Counted from the whole stretch's first letter, positions 14,263-28,600 are shown. The stretch: 57,295 nucleotides of DNA, filler included, from Platydemus manokwari (GCA_037951405.1; 5 parts of 5 records of this genome joined end to end with filler, not necessarily neighbours in it); one strand, 5' to 3'. Translations and numbers: made by a program. Notes: generated by a model not told the origin, from the letters alone.

Positions 14263-15394
14263 ATCAGTTAATTAATTTAAGATTTTAAATTATATTAAGT
14301 TAAGCAATATGTATTCTTGGATCAAATAAAGATGCAGAACTGCAAAAATTCGTTGAAAAAGAGAAGGAATACAGGCAAATCACATGAAAGTTTTAGAATA
14401 TTATTGCATGATAGTCATGACATTGTTCACAGAAACGATCTGCAGTTGAATTCGAATCTGATTTCTCGAATGCATTAATTGATTTAGTGGTTGAATGCCA
14501 TTACGTATTGAAGAGTTATCAGGATTTGAATCACTTCCTTCTGTATTGCATGAAGCTTATAGATCTGCGTCATTTGGTGATATACTTGAAAATGTCGTTG
14601 CTGCCTTCTGTTTTATGAAAGGTCCAAGTTACACACAACAAAGATGCTACTTGCAGTTGACCATCTTTACATGGAGATTTAAATTCGAGAACTGTGTGTA
14701 ATTTTTTGTGTCACGGTGTATCACATTTTGATTCGATCTTTGCTTTTTCATATTCCTAATGGGCCTTTAAGTTTTTGTATGAGTGAGATTGGTCAGCCCT
14801 TATGTGTGTGTTGTTTATATAGATATGCCATCTAATTCCGCTGTGGTTGGCTGGTTGCTATGGCTATATGGTTATGTGGGCATACAAATATTTAAAATGC
14901 TTAAGCGAGGGTTCCAATGTGTAAATCCGTTTTACTTTTGCAGAATTTCATCTCACTCAATAAATTGCTTTATTTTTGTTGCAGTGATTTATTATTTAGT
15001 AAAACATTTTAATAATACTGACAGTAACCCATGAAATTTGGCTTATAATTTATATCAGATATGAGATTTCACATTTTCGTCCAGTAATTGATAAAAAAAA
15101 TCAAAATTGGATAATTTGTTAAGCTACAATTTTATCCATATTAGTAATATTTGATTCAATAAATCCACATATTTGGATACCAACAAAAACTTGTTATCTG
15201 ACAATTTATTTTTTCCCCATTTATATGATAATTACACCAATGACAAACTTTCCGAAAAAATCACTTCATATTTATAGACACTAAATGAAGCTGATATATT
15301 CTGGGTTACTATCTACTAGCTCTATCCATCAGTAGACCATTATCAATTCTTTTAAAATTTAATCTTATTACAGATAAAAATTATTATTATATTT

Positions 15395-15494
15395 NNNNNN
15401 NNNNNNNNNNNNNNNNNNNNNNNNNNNNNNNNNNNNNNTTAATTAATTAANNNNNNNNNNNNNNNNNNNNNNNNNNNNNNNNNNNNNNNNNNNN
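15395..15494. other. Assembly gap spacer (44N-TTAATTAATTAA-44N)
   Basis: An identical 100-nt construct occurs four times; the 12-mer supplies stops in all six frames. Confidence 0.98.
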
Positions 15495-15939
15495 TTGATT
15501 AAAATATTGGGTGTTATTTTCATGAAAAATATTCCCTATTAATTATTTATAAAATTCCCTTAAAATTCCCCATGTCATCTGTCTGTCATTAAACCGTTTA
15601 TCATATATTTTTAAATATTTTATTCTCTTTATTTTTACTAATAAAGGAATTTAATATAGTATTATAATAATATTTATTTTCTGAATTTGTTCGCTTCAAT
15701 GCGGCTAAAAATTTTACATTAAAATTCTGTCAAAATTGACATTGAAATAAAACAGTATCGCTACAGTGCGATGTACAAACTATTAAAATTGTTTCTACGC
15801 CTAATAATTCACACTGAATTATTTATTAACTTCAGGCGTCAATAAATGTCAAATGTTTTATTCAACGAATTTTCATAAAAAAATTAATTACAATAAAAAT
15901 TTTACATAAAACTAATACTTTTATACATTTATACACAAT

Positions 15940-16008
15940 TATCAGTCTATCTAGACCGTCAGAATATTCATTTGCACAAAACTATCAGTCTATCTAGACC
16001 GTCAGAAT
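15940..16008. repeat. 26-bp direct repeat x2 (tatcagtctatctagaccgtcagaat), period 43
   Basis: Exact copies at 15940-15965 and 15983-16008. Confidence 0.9.
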
Positions 16009-16801
16009 GTTAAAATGTTAAAACCCCACAGCTATATTCTATAAGTTTTATACCAATCAAATCAATGTAGCTACCATTGCCGTGGCAATGTTACGAGAAA
16101 CTATAAACTTATGAATTTAAAGGCAAATCACCACGGCAAAGTGCAAAAAATCATAGAAATTTACAAATAAATTCGAAATGAATCGTAATATCGACAACTA
16201 AAAAAAGCAAAAATCACAATATCGTACAATAATTTCACAATCATTTTCAGGCGATTCCATATACGTAATCATATAGTATTCATATATTATTCATATTCAC
16301 TTGGATCACATTATTATATCAAGTCAAATTACTTTTCGAAAATTGGAATCTTGGTAAATTACATTTATTTCGTTCTAGCACAATTTAAACCAAATTCTGA
16401 AAAGAAATTTGTCCTAATTTTACAAAGTAAGTTTCTATAATTTCTGAAAGAATTTGTTGGAACCCAAATTAGTTTGCTTAATTTTACATCAAAGTAAGGA
16501 GGCACTTAGTTCCCTCCGTCGATTTTTATTGGTACTCACATGATTTAAAAATCTCACATTTATTGCTTATAAATTGCACTGAAATTGTATTTATAAATCA
16601 ATAAATGTGCCGCTCAGCCCAAGATAACGAAACTCCCGATGAACAAGCAAAATAAAATTTAGAATATGGGAGCCAGAAAGATGATGTTGATGGAAAGAGA
16701 TATTAGAGGAAACAGATTTTTTAAGGCTGTAGAAACAGTAGTGTTACTGTTATTTGCTAACACTTCCTTGTTTTTCATGTTTAATTTAGAAGACATAATT
16801 T

Positions 16802-17140
16802 CACTGCACAAAATAATATATTTTTAAAGTACGCCGATTTCAAACAAATATTCGATTATTTTCAACATTCTTTAAAATTAAAATGCTTTAAAATTAATTT
16901 TTAAATTTATAAAAAATTATCTTTAAAATAATCTCTATAAAAAATTATTTTTAAATTAATTTTTATATAAAATTATTTTTACTTATTTTATATTTTTTTA
17001 ACAAATTGAGAGATTACAGTAATGTTTTGAGCAAGACCATTTAATAAATACAAATATAAAATAATTTTAATATGATCATTTATAAATATTTTTTAATTAT
17101 TATAATTAATCATTTTTGAATTTTAAACATCACAATTATG
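16802..17140 (+). repeat. Copy 2 (apparently full length) of the dispersed CAC...GTG-ended repeat
   Basis: Begins cactgcacaaaataat. Shares aaattgagagattaca...gttttgagcaag.ccattt with 36574-36762 and matches the reverse complement of 2222-2463. Confidence 0.75.
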
Positions 17141-18181
17141 ACAGGAATCTGATAAGACTCAATAACTATTTTCAATGGGAAAAATCATTCGAAAAACAAA
17201 AATTCGTATTGACACGTCTTTGGGGAGATCAAATTCTTTTTCAAAGTCTTTTTTCTTTGTGATATTTATTCACACTATGGTTCTTTTATTTTAACAGTTG
17301 AGTTTAATCTGAGAATCACCCCCAACAAGGAAAATGGGTCTGGGTTTTTTCCAGTCCATCTCCCAATAGATATACACAAACTCATATGTCTCGTGTGTAT
17401 TGTGCTTCTTTAAAATTTTTATTTTAATGTGTAAGCAAAATACATCATTTTTAAAAAACGTGGTTGGATGATTAACTTGTACAACTTATCCTTGGTATGA
17501 GTGCAATAATAATAATAATTCCCTATAAGCAAATTTTCTATATAAGAAACTTTTTTTAAAATTGGTTCACAGAAGTTGCTTATACAAAGCGTTCACTGTA
17601 CTAAAATGTAATAATACAAAAGTATTGATCCATCATTCGATTTTAGGGAGGCCTAATTCTTCAATTTCATATATTGATTGGTCAATGAAGTTAATAAAAG
17701 AAGTTCATGAAGCATCTAACCACACTCATCACCCTTACCAACTCATCCACTGCTATGATAAAATTGAAATTCCTAGTTGTTTTTCTTCGTGGACATCTAT
17801 GAATGACTGTTTTTATGTCAATGCTTGTGATGAAGTTCTTAAGGTGTTGCAGCCCTGATTTCTAGTTAGTTAATTCTTCACATATATTTTAAAATTATTT
17901 TGAAATTCTGTCGAATAGTTTTTTTTTATAATTGAGGAAACGGGGTGGTTTGAATTTGAAATATTATTTGAAATAGAATTATTATTTAGGGTAATCGTCT
18001 AGAGCAATTTAGACTAAAATAACTTCAAGAAAGTAAATTTAAATAATGACACCCATTATTATTATTAAAATATGAAAATTTCAATTTCTTTACTGTTCGT
18101 CCCATGGTTTAGTAACTTGAAAGTATTTGGTTTATTGTTAATACTCGTTAAAGAAATTCTTATTTTAAAAGAAGAATTTCT

Positions 18182-20020
18182 TTAAATCGATTTTCTACGT
18201 TGTCTGAAACAGTGTTCATTAATATTTTGTACAGTGTTTGGTCGACTGAATTTGGATATCATTCGTGCCATAGCAGACCGTGTATTGATAGTCAGAAATG
18301 AACCATAGAAATATGAAAAATATATATCTTTTGAAATATCTTTCAAATATTCCCATGTATAAACCACCATTGCTATCAGTTTTGTTTTGATATCACTGGT
18401 TTCCATTCGATTTGAAACATTGTTCTCTTCATTATGCATGGAATAACGTTCGATTGGTCCAACATTTGCTACAGAATCATTGATGGCTTGTTCTAATAAA
18501 TTATCAAACGTTTGTTTTGAAAGCGAACTATTATCAAATCCTGCCTTTGACATGTAATTTAAATCATTTTCCTTTTGAATAATAATTCCCAAATTTAAAT
18601 ACTTTTCTTCCAAAATATCGCATCTAGCGTTCGAAATGTCGAAATGCTCTTTGCTACTTGTTTGTTTTTCTGCAGTATTGTTTGGATATTTATTTGGAAT
18701 GTTTCTATTTGGTAGCGTTTTAAAATTCGGCACAGGAATGAAAATATCGTTACTTTCTTGAGAATAATAATCTAATGAATTATCCGTATCGAGATCATTG
18801 TGTTGTTTACAAGCATTAGTTTCTTTTTTAGAATGTTGTTGTTTAATTTGCAGAGAATCCTCACTGCACTTACAGGAATTTATATTTTTATCCTTAGTAC
18901 TTCTCGTAGTGTTTTTAGTGATATTTTTTCTTTTGGGCTTAGTTTTTTGTGATTTGCTCATCTTCCGCTTGAAATGGAGACTAGAACATGTCTCATAATC
19001 ACTGGATGAATTACGCTTATCTTTCGGGATTTCCGGTTCAACTGCAACGCTGGTGATGATAGTATCAAAAGTTTGATTGTCGTCTATTGGAAACGATGCG
19101 TAATTGCTTGATTGTGGATCTTTAAATATTTCAGAATCTTCAGGTTCGGTAAAAAATTCATTTGTTAAAATGTTTTTCGACTCCATGAAATAATCTTCAG
19201 CAGTTTGCATTTGCTGATCTATACTTGCAAACACAGTGTTCATATCGAAATCTAAATATTCATTTCTACTGAAATCGCGAGAAATGTTTATCGAGTCTAT
19301 TCTACTAATTACTGAGGACAGTAGTATTTCTCTGAGAAATTCATTAAAATCAAAAACATTTTTCAAATCATCAAAAGTTTGACCATTAAATCTTTTGTCG
19401 CCACAGTTGATTCCAAACCCATCTCGATTAAAATTTGAAAGTTTTGCTGAATTCGGTAAATGATTGTCAAAATATAAAACGGGCTCAAAATTCACGATTT
19501 CTCTGTTTAGTAGATCGTTTTCATTGGTATTCAACGATGCTGATTCAGTCAACTTTTCAATTTCCTCAATTGAAGAACTAACACAAACAATTTCGGTATC
19601 TGCTTGAAAACCGATGTGCGATCCGGTTTCGATTTCGAAAATGTTCCCGCTCACTGCTTCAGAATTCTTTGGAAAAGCTTCTGTGATGTTTGTCAATTTG
19701 ACTTTTTCTGATGACGTTGTGAAAGATACTTCAATTTCAGCGTCAAATTTCTTGACCAATTCGTTCGGTTTTGAATCCAAGCAATTATTTCGAGAAACGC
19801 ACATTATTTTTGCGGTTTTGAATGTGTCATTAGTTTTCGATGAGTATGATTCGGAATTGAAAACTTTTCCAAATCGACTCTCGGCACAGATTTCCGATTC
19901 TAGTGAATTGATTTGGGAAATTGTTCTACTGATTTCACATAAATAAATAATCGATTCTTTGTGTTTGTTTTCCTTTATGTTTTCGATGTTTTTGTGGGCA
20001 GAACTTTTAACCAAAGACAT
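18182..20020 (-). CDS. Uncharacterised 612-aa intronless protein (N/S/E/K/D-rich, basic NLS-like patch, no domain recognised)
   Basis: A 1.8-kb uninterrupted ATG-to-stop ORF is very unlikely by chance in DNA this AT-rich. Confidence 0.75.
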   Translation of the reverse strand: MSLVKSSAHKNIENIKENKHKESIIYLCEISRTISQINSLESEICAESRFGKVFNSESYSSKTNDTFKTAKIMCVSRNNCLDSKPNELVKKFDAEIEVSFTTSSEKVKLTNITEAFPKNSEAVSGNIFEIETGSHIGFQADTEIVCVSSSIEEIEKLTESASLNTNENDLLNREIVNFEPVLYFDNHLPNSAKLSNFNRDGFGINCGDKRFNGQTFDDLKNVFDFNEFLREILLSSVISRIDSINISRDFSRNEYLDFDMNTVFASIDQQMQTAEDYFMESKNILTNEFFTEPEDSEIFKDPQSSNYASFPIDDNQTFDTIITSVAVEPEIPKDKRNSSSDYETCSSLHFKRKMSKSQKTKPKRKNITKNTTRSTKDKNINSCKCSEDSLQIKQQHSKKETNACKQHNDLDTDNSLDYYSQESNDIFIPVPNFKTLPNRNIPNKYPNNTAEKQTSSKEHFDISNARCDILEEKYLNLGIIIQKENDLNYMSKAGFDNSSLSKQTFDNLLEQAINDSVANVGPIERYSMHNEENNVSNRMETSDIKTKLIAMVVYTWEYLKDISKDIYFSYFYGSFLTINTRSAMARMISKFSRPNTVQNINEHCFRQRRKSI

Positions 20021-22639
20021 ACAAAAATTTTTAAAAATTAGTCTAATATATAATAAATATTAATTCAAAATAATTATTGATTTGTTAATAAATAAAAATA
20101 GTGGCATAAAATCAATTTACGATAATGTTTTACTGTTGAAAGATGAAGAATTTTCACAAACAAATAACTGCTATTTGTCGCCCAGAAACTTTGTTCTTAT
20201 TTATAATTAAATATAAGTAATTATTAAATTAAAAAATAATTAAATATAAATAATTAAATCCATGTAAATGCCATGTTTTCAAAGAGCATCAAAGTTACTT
20301 TTGAATGACTAAAATGCATACAAGTAACACCATCATTTTATGAAGGAAATTTTTCATGTCTGAGATTGGTTAATTTCTATGTAGGTGTTGTTGAGTAGTC
20401 GTGTCCTTTACCGAATTGAAATCTTTGATTTATGCTGTCTCTGAATGGCTTGTTATCGTGTATCTATGGTTACTTGTGAAGTATCTGAATAGGAATGCAG
20501 AGGCGGAAAAATAGCAAATCACTCTACACAGCACAAAATCGGATTTTGTCCATCAATTTATTTACCATTTTTTAATGAATAATATAAACATTTTGGAAAA
20601 AAAACTATTAGTTCATATTTTTTTTACCTTCGATTTGTGAAGATGGCGATATTGTTCACGAAAATATTCGGTTCATTTGGAGGACATCCGGTTATGTTTG
20701 CTGGTAAATTCGGTGTGTTTAACCAGAACGAATAATTCTTGAATAATATCCTGATATTTATTATGGTATTATAATATTTTACTTTTACAGGTAATAATTT
20801 TATCTATTAGTTCTAGTATGCATCTTATCTGTTTATTATTTATTTTTGAAGATTTCATTCTTCTTGAAATATAATGGTTCTCGATAATCTTGGTTTCTTT
20901 ATGATATTCATACAGTGACATTAAGCCGCTGTTTCTCCTTTCATTAATTTCACTTCTAATTTCATTAAATATGTCAGAATATAATTTCAAAACATTGTTT
21001 TATAAATCTGTCAAGGGAAAGTATGGAACATTTACTCATAATTATTTGAGCAGGTTTAGCATATGGAGCATATGTAAGTGATAGACTTGGGTCTTTATAA
21101 TTGAAATACGTTTCGGTTTCCTTTTATTAGTCTGGTATCTTATTGACACTACTTTTGTCTTTTTGTCAGTCTTCATTAGTTTAATATCAGAACCTGGTGT
21201 ACTGCACCTAATTGATCTTCCTTTATCTTGAACTCTGCCAAGGATATGAAGATCATGAGAGTAGAAGAAGTAATATTCAATTTCTAATAATCTCTTTTAG
21301 AAATCATTGTAAATATCCAGTTGCTCAAAATCTGTTTTCATTGTTACTTGACAAAAGGTTTTGATTAATGATATTGAATATGACACTCATACGAATAATT
21401 ATAGTGATACTATCAAATTCCTGTTAACTACAAACGTAATGTTTCAGAAAAATATATTCTCACTATAATTTTTCAAAACATAATATATTTTTTTAATATT
21501 ATAACACATTTGACACTGAATAAAAAAAGCTTCACGATGTACACGAAACCTATTAGATTCTTAGATAAGTATAACGATTTTGGGGAAAAATGAAATCACG
21601 AATATGCGAATAATGATATATAACTAGTTTTATTTCACAGTGTTTAACTCTTGCTATATACTTTGGTGATGATTCTTTCACTAAATTAATATTGGGCATA
21701 CACTGAACGAACACATGTAAGATTACTGACTAAGGCTTCAAGAATTTGTATAGCTTCTCTTACTACAACTAGTGGTTTCAAGTTAATGGCTTTGACTGAT
21801 ATTTGGACTTCCTTATACGTCTTTTTGACTGGGTTGGTCAAATGTTTTTAATTACACTTGAATTATTTTTTACTCGGGCAATTAAATTTAATTTTATTAA
21901 ATCATGGATCTTTTTAGGGTTAATATTCTTATTACTGAGGAATAATTGAACTTTTGTTTTTGTCAAGATTGATTTGATCTTTTATATACCTTATTGCTCT
22001 GAGAAAAGAGTTTTGTCTAAATTAAGTATTATTCATTATTTTTTAGCTACTTCATGCACATTTATATAAATATAAATATTCAAAACCCATTTCATTTCAA
22101 ATGATGATCAATAACGCTGGTTATTCACCCAATGTTGTTGTACAATAAATCACACAAAATTTTATTCAGTCCATTCTATTTTAGCATGAGATTCGTATAA
22201 AGATCCATTGTATCCTTTTTGATTGACCATTGCCAATACCATCTGGTTTCACAGAGCTTTCCGATGAAGAGCTTTTGATTGATCTTATTTTCCTCTTTAA
22301 AACAGAATCTTTATTCCGATATAATTACCTTTGGATTATATATGGTTATGTGATAAGTTTTAACCCATGTTATTAATAACTAGTTATGTAATCAAAATAG
22401 TAATTTTCTATATAAATCCAGTTCCGCAACAATTGACGATGAAACAATGGTAACATTATTGTGATACTATTGCTAATTAAACAATGGTCCACAATGACAA
22501 TGGTGTACAATGTCCTAATTAAATAACAAACAAGATGATGTTTAATGTCCCAATGTTCACAATTATAATAGCACTTTGATAATCAAATATTTGTTAGTCA
22601 AAAACGTAATAAATTAATATTTTTAAGATTACTAAATCA

Positions 22640-22830
22640 AAAAACTGAGCGGACAGATTGAAATTCAAATTCATCCAAGCATCCAGAAACTTTAAATATA
22701 TTGTGATATTTATTGTAATTCTCAAGGCCTGATATGATCGTCGATATTGTGATTCTCACTTCTGGTTGAATGTTTCTGAAATATTCGGTTTGAAAAGTCA
22801 ATGTGTAATATACGTTATTTCCGACTTATC
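22640..22830 (-). pseudogene. Possible fibronectin type III domain relic
   Basis: Open stretch YYTLTF...ISTIISGLENYNKYHNIFKVSG resembles the FN3 I-x-GL-x-x-x-x-x-Y motif. By-eye only. Confidence 0.2.
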
Positions 22831-23479
22831 ATTTGACAGAGGTCTCATTTATAAATCTCTAAATTAATATAATTTGCAAGTAAAGAGTAAATTTAAAAAA
22901 TTAAAATTATAGAGAAAATTTATATAAAAAATCAACAATTTTTAAGATTTATAAAAATCATAAATGAAAATTATTGCTTGCAAGAAGGAATTGGCCACTA
23001 TGAAAATTAAATAAATAAATTTTGTTAGAATTCGGAATTAAAATTCAGCCAATGTTATAAACAAATCTAAGTGCAGATAAACAAGTTTGTAAGCAATAAT
23101 CTTCATGATATTAATTGCAAAAACAAACTAAACGTAAAAGTTCTAATATGTTAATTATAAATTACTAATCTAATAAATGTTAATAAATGGTGAACAAATT
23201 TTAGCAGATCCCATTTTTTAAAAAGATGTGAATCAAATAAATATATTTATTTTTATATTTTAAATTATATATTTGATAACAGGAATTTTAAGAGATTAAC
23301 TGAACTATAATATGTTCTTATTTCCTTTATTATTGTAACTGTGTGATTCTTTCAAAGCATTCTTTATAAAATAGTACCAGCTTATATTGTTATTACGTAT
23401 TTGAATTCGGTTCTGATAAGATCTATGGTATGAAAATATAGAAAAGATATAAAGATAAAAGAAATAGTGATTTATTTTG

Positions 23480-24180
23480 TTAATTACTGACTTCTGATTT
23501 TGCAGAGGCACAGTATAATTGTTTACATTATCATCTCATTTAAATAGCATCACAAAAATTTTACTTTTGTTTAGTCAATAACATGAATTTATTGATGATA
23601 AATGTTTCGATCTCATCAGAAACTCATCAAAATTGTTTAAATTTATTTCAGCTCCTTTAACAAAGATTTTTGTTGAAAATAATGATGATCTTTTTTGACA
23701 CATTTCCAATGGCAATTTCTCAATATGATTTTATATTAAATTATCATGATATTATATTATTTTATTTTTTCCAATAATTAAATGTCATAGACCGTCTAAA
23801 TCTGGTAAACAAATTTCATCAATAATAATCAAAAGTATAAAATACTTTCTATTGATTATCACTTAACAAATAGAGCAAGAAAATATCATAACATTATCAT
23901 AAAATCTGTAGGATAATGAAAAATAAATGAGAAAGAAATCCCTTTCAATTCGTCTAAAAGTTCATTAACTATTCATCATATCAATTCTTTGTCTACGGTA
24001 CACTACAGCCACTCCAATTTTATTTTTACTCAAGCAGCCACATCCGAAAATTATTCAGCAAATTAAGGCTCTGATAACGAATCTCCTTGATGTCGAAAGA
24101 TAATTTAGATAAATCATTTACATTTTTATCATATATTTCCTTTTGTTTATTCAGTCTTATCAGCTAAGCCCGCAATCATT
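23480..24180 (-). pseudogene. Possible decayed NACHT/STAND NTPase fragment
   Basis: MIAGLADKT (Walker A-like) followed by FILLIIIDEI (Walker B-like), in a heavily disrupted frame. Confidence 0.2.
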
Positions 24181-24344
24181 AATAAATTATTTTCCAATTT
24201 CTTTCTTTTCAGTAATTTGTTCTATCTAAAGAATCTAAAGTTTTTAAGAGCGACCTTTATCTTTATCCTTTTTAATGTTTTGTTGTCCACTATCGGTGTT
24301 AATCATTTTTTGTAATTTTTTTTCTTATTTTCTTTTTTAAAAAG

Positions 24345-24444
24345 NNNNNNNNNNNNNNNNNNNNNNNNNNNNNNNNNNNNNNNNNNNNTTAATTAATTAA
24401 NNNNNNNNNNNNNNNNNNNNNNNNNNNNNNNNNNNNNNNNNNNN
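24345..24444. other. Assembly gap spacer
   Basis: 44N-TTAATTAATTAA-44N. Confidence 0.98.
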
Positions 24445-25249
24445 TTTTATATGATTTTTTCAAATAACTGAAAAATTATTTGTGATAATTGAAATATTTA
24501 TTTTTTGATTTTATAATTTTTCTAAATTCTGCAATGTTTTGTTTATCCATAAATATTTATGAATCTTGAAAATATTTTACATTATTTTTCGGTTCTCACT
24601 AATCAATTTTATTAAACACATTCAATGACTGGTTTGAACCGATTGTCTGTAACTGAAGATAATATCGTACAAATTTCCTTTTGTGATTAATGAACAATAT
24701 TCTCATCGATAGTTCTGTTTTGGAATTCCATTCTTGTGAATTTGATAGTGTCAATTAAATGAAAAACATATTTATAATAATAGACGTCATTTGTATCGAA
24801 TGTCTATTTCGATATTGAAAACGTTGTTTATGATTTATTTACAATGAACTTTATGAATAAAAATGGATTCAAAAACATGCTAGAGAATATTTTCATTTTG
24901 AATTCATATTGTATTTGATGACGTATGGAATGGTTTTTATATTTAATTATAAAATTAATTTATAGTTAATAACTAAGATTTTGTCATTAATCGAACTGGA
25001 TTTATTCGTTCACAATTTTATATATTTGATTACCTATACACATTGTATCTTATTTTTGTTTTCAACAATTTTGGTTTATTCACTCTTCAAAGAAATCTGT
25101 GAGAAAATTAGGATTAATTTTATTCTTTATTGTATAATGATTTATTCGCTTGAGTTATTGAGTCTTATCGCATGAATAGTAATTCTTGGAAATCTTTTAT
25201 TATTAATTTTTGATGAAAAATATAAATTGTAAGGTTTATGAGGATTAGT

Positions 25250-25570
25250 GCTTTGAATCTGAAAATCCCAATATATAGTCCACTGTCAGGCATGTTTCTC
25301 ACTATATTTTACGTTACTGATAAGACCCTGAATGCATAATTTTTTAATCCATACTTACCAGAGGCTATTTCACTCACGTTAACTGCCACTAACAACTTCT
25401 TTGTAATTAATTGACCTGATTTTATTGGAATTCCAAATCAGTATGTTCGCCATACAAATTTTTGAGTATTAGTAATTGTACATGGAGTTGAATATATGTG
25501 TTAAAGATTATAAGATTCGACTACCAACAAGAATATCTTGTTGATCGAATGAAGTTCTTACTGAAACATT
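25250..25570 (-). pseudogene. Possible Ig-domain relic, head-to-head with the DIDO1-like gene
   Basis: PCTITNTQKFVW...LLVAVNVSEIASG|SYQ* across a gtaag...cag junction gives a C...W...L-x-x-x-NV-x-x-x-x-SG-x-Y pattern, with stops. Confidence 0.2.
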
Positions 25571-25676
25571 GAGAATAAAAAAATAATCGGTTTACCTTTT
25601 GCTACAGATAATAATCGATAATAACTTTTGTTGTCTAATAATTGTGAAAGTACTGAGCGAGTTCAGCATTATTAAA

Positions 25677-28600
25677 ATGGTTCAAGCTAATAGTAGATAA
25701 TAATTGATGTCATGATTTTATTTGAAAATAAAAAATATTTTCTACATTTTCTCAATAAAGTACAAATTTAGAATTCATAGAATTCACATGTTAATCATTT
25801 TTTTATTAATTGTTCCAGAAATTTAACAAATTAAATTTTCATTAGAAATTTATTTTAAGGTGATGTTTCCGAAGATATTGTAAATCCTTCTATGAGGCGT
25901 TATTTGTCGTTACCAACAGATCTGGACGCTGATGATGATTTAAATGGAATTGACAGTGAATGGAAATCAGATGATGACCCCAATAAATTGTGGTGTATTT
26001 GTAAGCAGCCTTATGGATTCAGGTAATTAAAATATATTTCTTGCTTAAATAGTTCTCCGTGAAAATTTATTCCTTCGTTCTCTTTGTAATATTTCCTGAT
26101 TATTTGACTTCTTTTTAAATTAGTATTTTAATGCCCCTCTTTACGTTGGTATTAATGTTATTTTAAATTTGTATATTTCTGCGGATTTAGGAAATGCTAA
26201 AATAAATCTTTTATCAGTTGACTAAATCGATTTAAAGTCATCTGTGAAGTTTACGAATATATTGTATTAATGTGATATTATTCGTATCAATTCTTGTATT
26301 AATGGTATCAATATTATTAAATATACTCATGAAATTGTAAATCGATAAATTAATAAATATTATTGAATTTTTCCATAAATAGTTTATAATAGTGCTTTCT
26401 AAACAAAATTCGGCAGAATCCAGGGGTTCAAGCGCTAACCACTTGTGCTCAACTCGTTTCCAGATAAAATAAAGAACCAAACAATGACTGCTTTAACAGT
26501 ATTTTGTGTGTTAACATCCTTTACCTTTTTTTTATTGTAAAAGCATTTTCGATTACTTGTCTTAGTTACATAGAAATGAATAACTAAACTAAATCTAGTA
26601 AGGCCATTGTCATTCATGCTGTTATTCTAACATCCGGCATAATAACGCACGAATTTATTCAAAAAAAATTACGTTATAATTAATAAATTTCATATTTTTT
26701 CAACATATTTGAATATTCAAGGTAATTTTCATAAGTTAATTGAAATCTGATTCCGCGACAAATTGGGTGTTTGTTAAAGGTTTCATGCACACAGGAAGGT
26801 TGAGAAGTTACTTACCATTTGTAAATCTTTCTCTTAAATAATATTAAGGATAAATAATATTAATTTACAATATGAACATATATCATTGCTGTGCTACTAT
26901 AGAGTTTTATGAATTTTCTTTATTTTATACATTTAAATTTAAATTCTTTAAGATCCTTTCTGTTTCGTTCGATTATCGAATATGACTTTTAGCTCTTGAT
27001 AAATGAGAGTAAGGTAAATAGATTTCAGTTTGAATAACATTATAAAATATTTTTAGTGTTGATTCCCATTAATTATTTTTAAAAAAAATCTAATATTTAT
27101 TTAAACACAAATATGATCTTCTCGATGCGGTGGGATATCCCTCACATCATTTTTATTGGGTTTGATTCATTGGCTTTTTATAGTTTCATTCCTTTGAAGG
27201 CAGAAGATATTGTACTTGATTTTGTTTTTTTTAATTTTATTTATTAAAATGAATAATCTGAAATTTCTTTTATTTGTTAACAATATTTTAAATTTTTCAA
27301 AAGATTTGAAAAAATTGGTTACAACCGAATACAATTAATTAGATATCTAAAATATTTCTGTCACCAATCATAATTAGTTGAAATAGAACTGTCAGTCTGT
27401 CGTTAGCTATTTCAGTGAAATTGAAAAAATATGGCGATAAAATAACTGGCGATTGGATTTTCGTTTAGAGTCATGAGTTGAGATCCATTGTATTAACATT
27501 AATTTTTTTCCTTCCAGATTTTGTACCGCTGCAGTACAATGTTAGACAGCACATCCAGGATTATAAACAAATTCAAATTATGATTATTCAACCCACAATT
27601 ATTTATTGTTTTATATTCAGTATCTATTAAACTATAAATTATCATAGCGATTTACAGTCCAGTTGCACGCATGATTTCAAGTATTTCAAATTGGTTACAA
27701 ACGTATGATGTCAATGTCATCTCATAACAAAAAATGTGTATAAATCAGTATTCATTATGAATAATATCGTATAAAATAATATTATGAGCGTATGATGAAT
27801 TTTTATTCGATATGTGTCCGAATTAATTGATTCTCTTTTTACATTGGTTAGTCAATCAACTTTGGAAAATTGTATTTTTCAAATCATTACCGGAAAAAGT
27901 GGAAATCACAAAGAACTTATTCACATTTTAATGTCTTTAATCGATTGCATTCCTTTGTGATTCACATACGCTTATTGTAGCACTGGTTGTGAAACAAGTC
28001 TGCCGTTGACAGTTTAGTCATTTGATAATAATAAATATTATAGTCAATATAATAACAAACTGTTGTGATTAATATATAATTAACTTATTATTTCTGTGGA
28101 TTACTATGTAATTATACTTTATAACTGTTAATGAAAATAGAGATGGTATTGTTTATAATAACAATATGGTTAATGTGTATTACATATATGGTTAATTTGT
28201 AATGAATTTGTTTATTATGATACAAAATGGTGACAAACCACTGATAAAAAATTCATAATTATTGAAGAGATGGAATGGTAGGTGAAATGTTTTGTTTGAA
28301 ATAAGCTGTGACAAAGATATTTGGTAGAGAACATTTATAAATAAACTATTGGCCTTTATCTTATATTGAATTAAAAATTGTTAGAGAAGCTAAAACCATA
28401 TCAGAGACAATCGATAAAAATTAATGAGATCTGTCGAGCTTATTTGTTCTGGAAAATACAATTTTGTTAGTATTTAGTTTATATTTATTTACTATTATAA
28501 TCTGAATTATTTACAATTTCTTGACTCTAAATATAACTCCCAATCATTCAAAAATAATGGCTGATATATGTTTCCATTGAAAATTTAGTTTTGTAATATA

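Noticed and set aside
14330-14701. Tim8-like peptide DAELQKFVEKEKE and the adjacent 68-aa ORF
   Set aside because: No twin CX3C motif follows; unsupported.
15439-15450. Repeated palindrome TTAATTAATTAA as a biological motif
   Set aside because: Always centred in exactly 44+44 Ns, so it is a scaffolding linker.
15940-16008. Repeat-spacer-repeat resembling a CRISPR unit
   Set aside because: Only two copies with a 17-nt spacer, eukaryotic context and no cas genes; a local duplication.
18798-19946. Plus-strand ORFs inside the 612-aa ORF (likewise antisense ORFs within the DIDO1-like, KLHL10-like and 37-kb/43-kb exons)
   Set aside because: Shadow frames of real coding sequence on the opposite strand or in another frame.
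20769-22300. Possible LINE/retroelement relic
   Set aside because: Coding-like texture, but no RT or endonuclease motif could be recognised.
23575-23625. Minus-strand CTGATGAGATCGAAAC resembling a minimal hammerhead ribozyme core
   Set aside because: Stem II is too short and stem I cannot pair.
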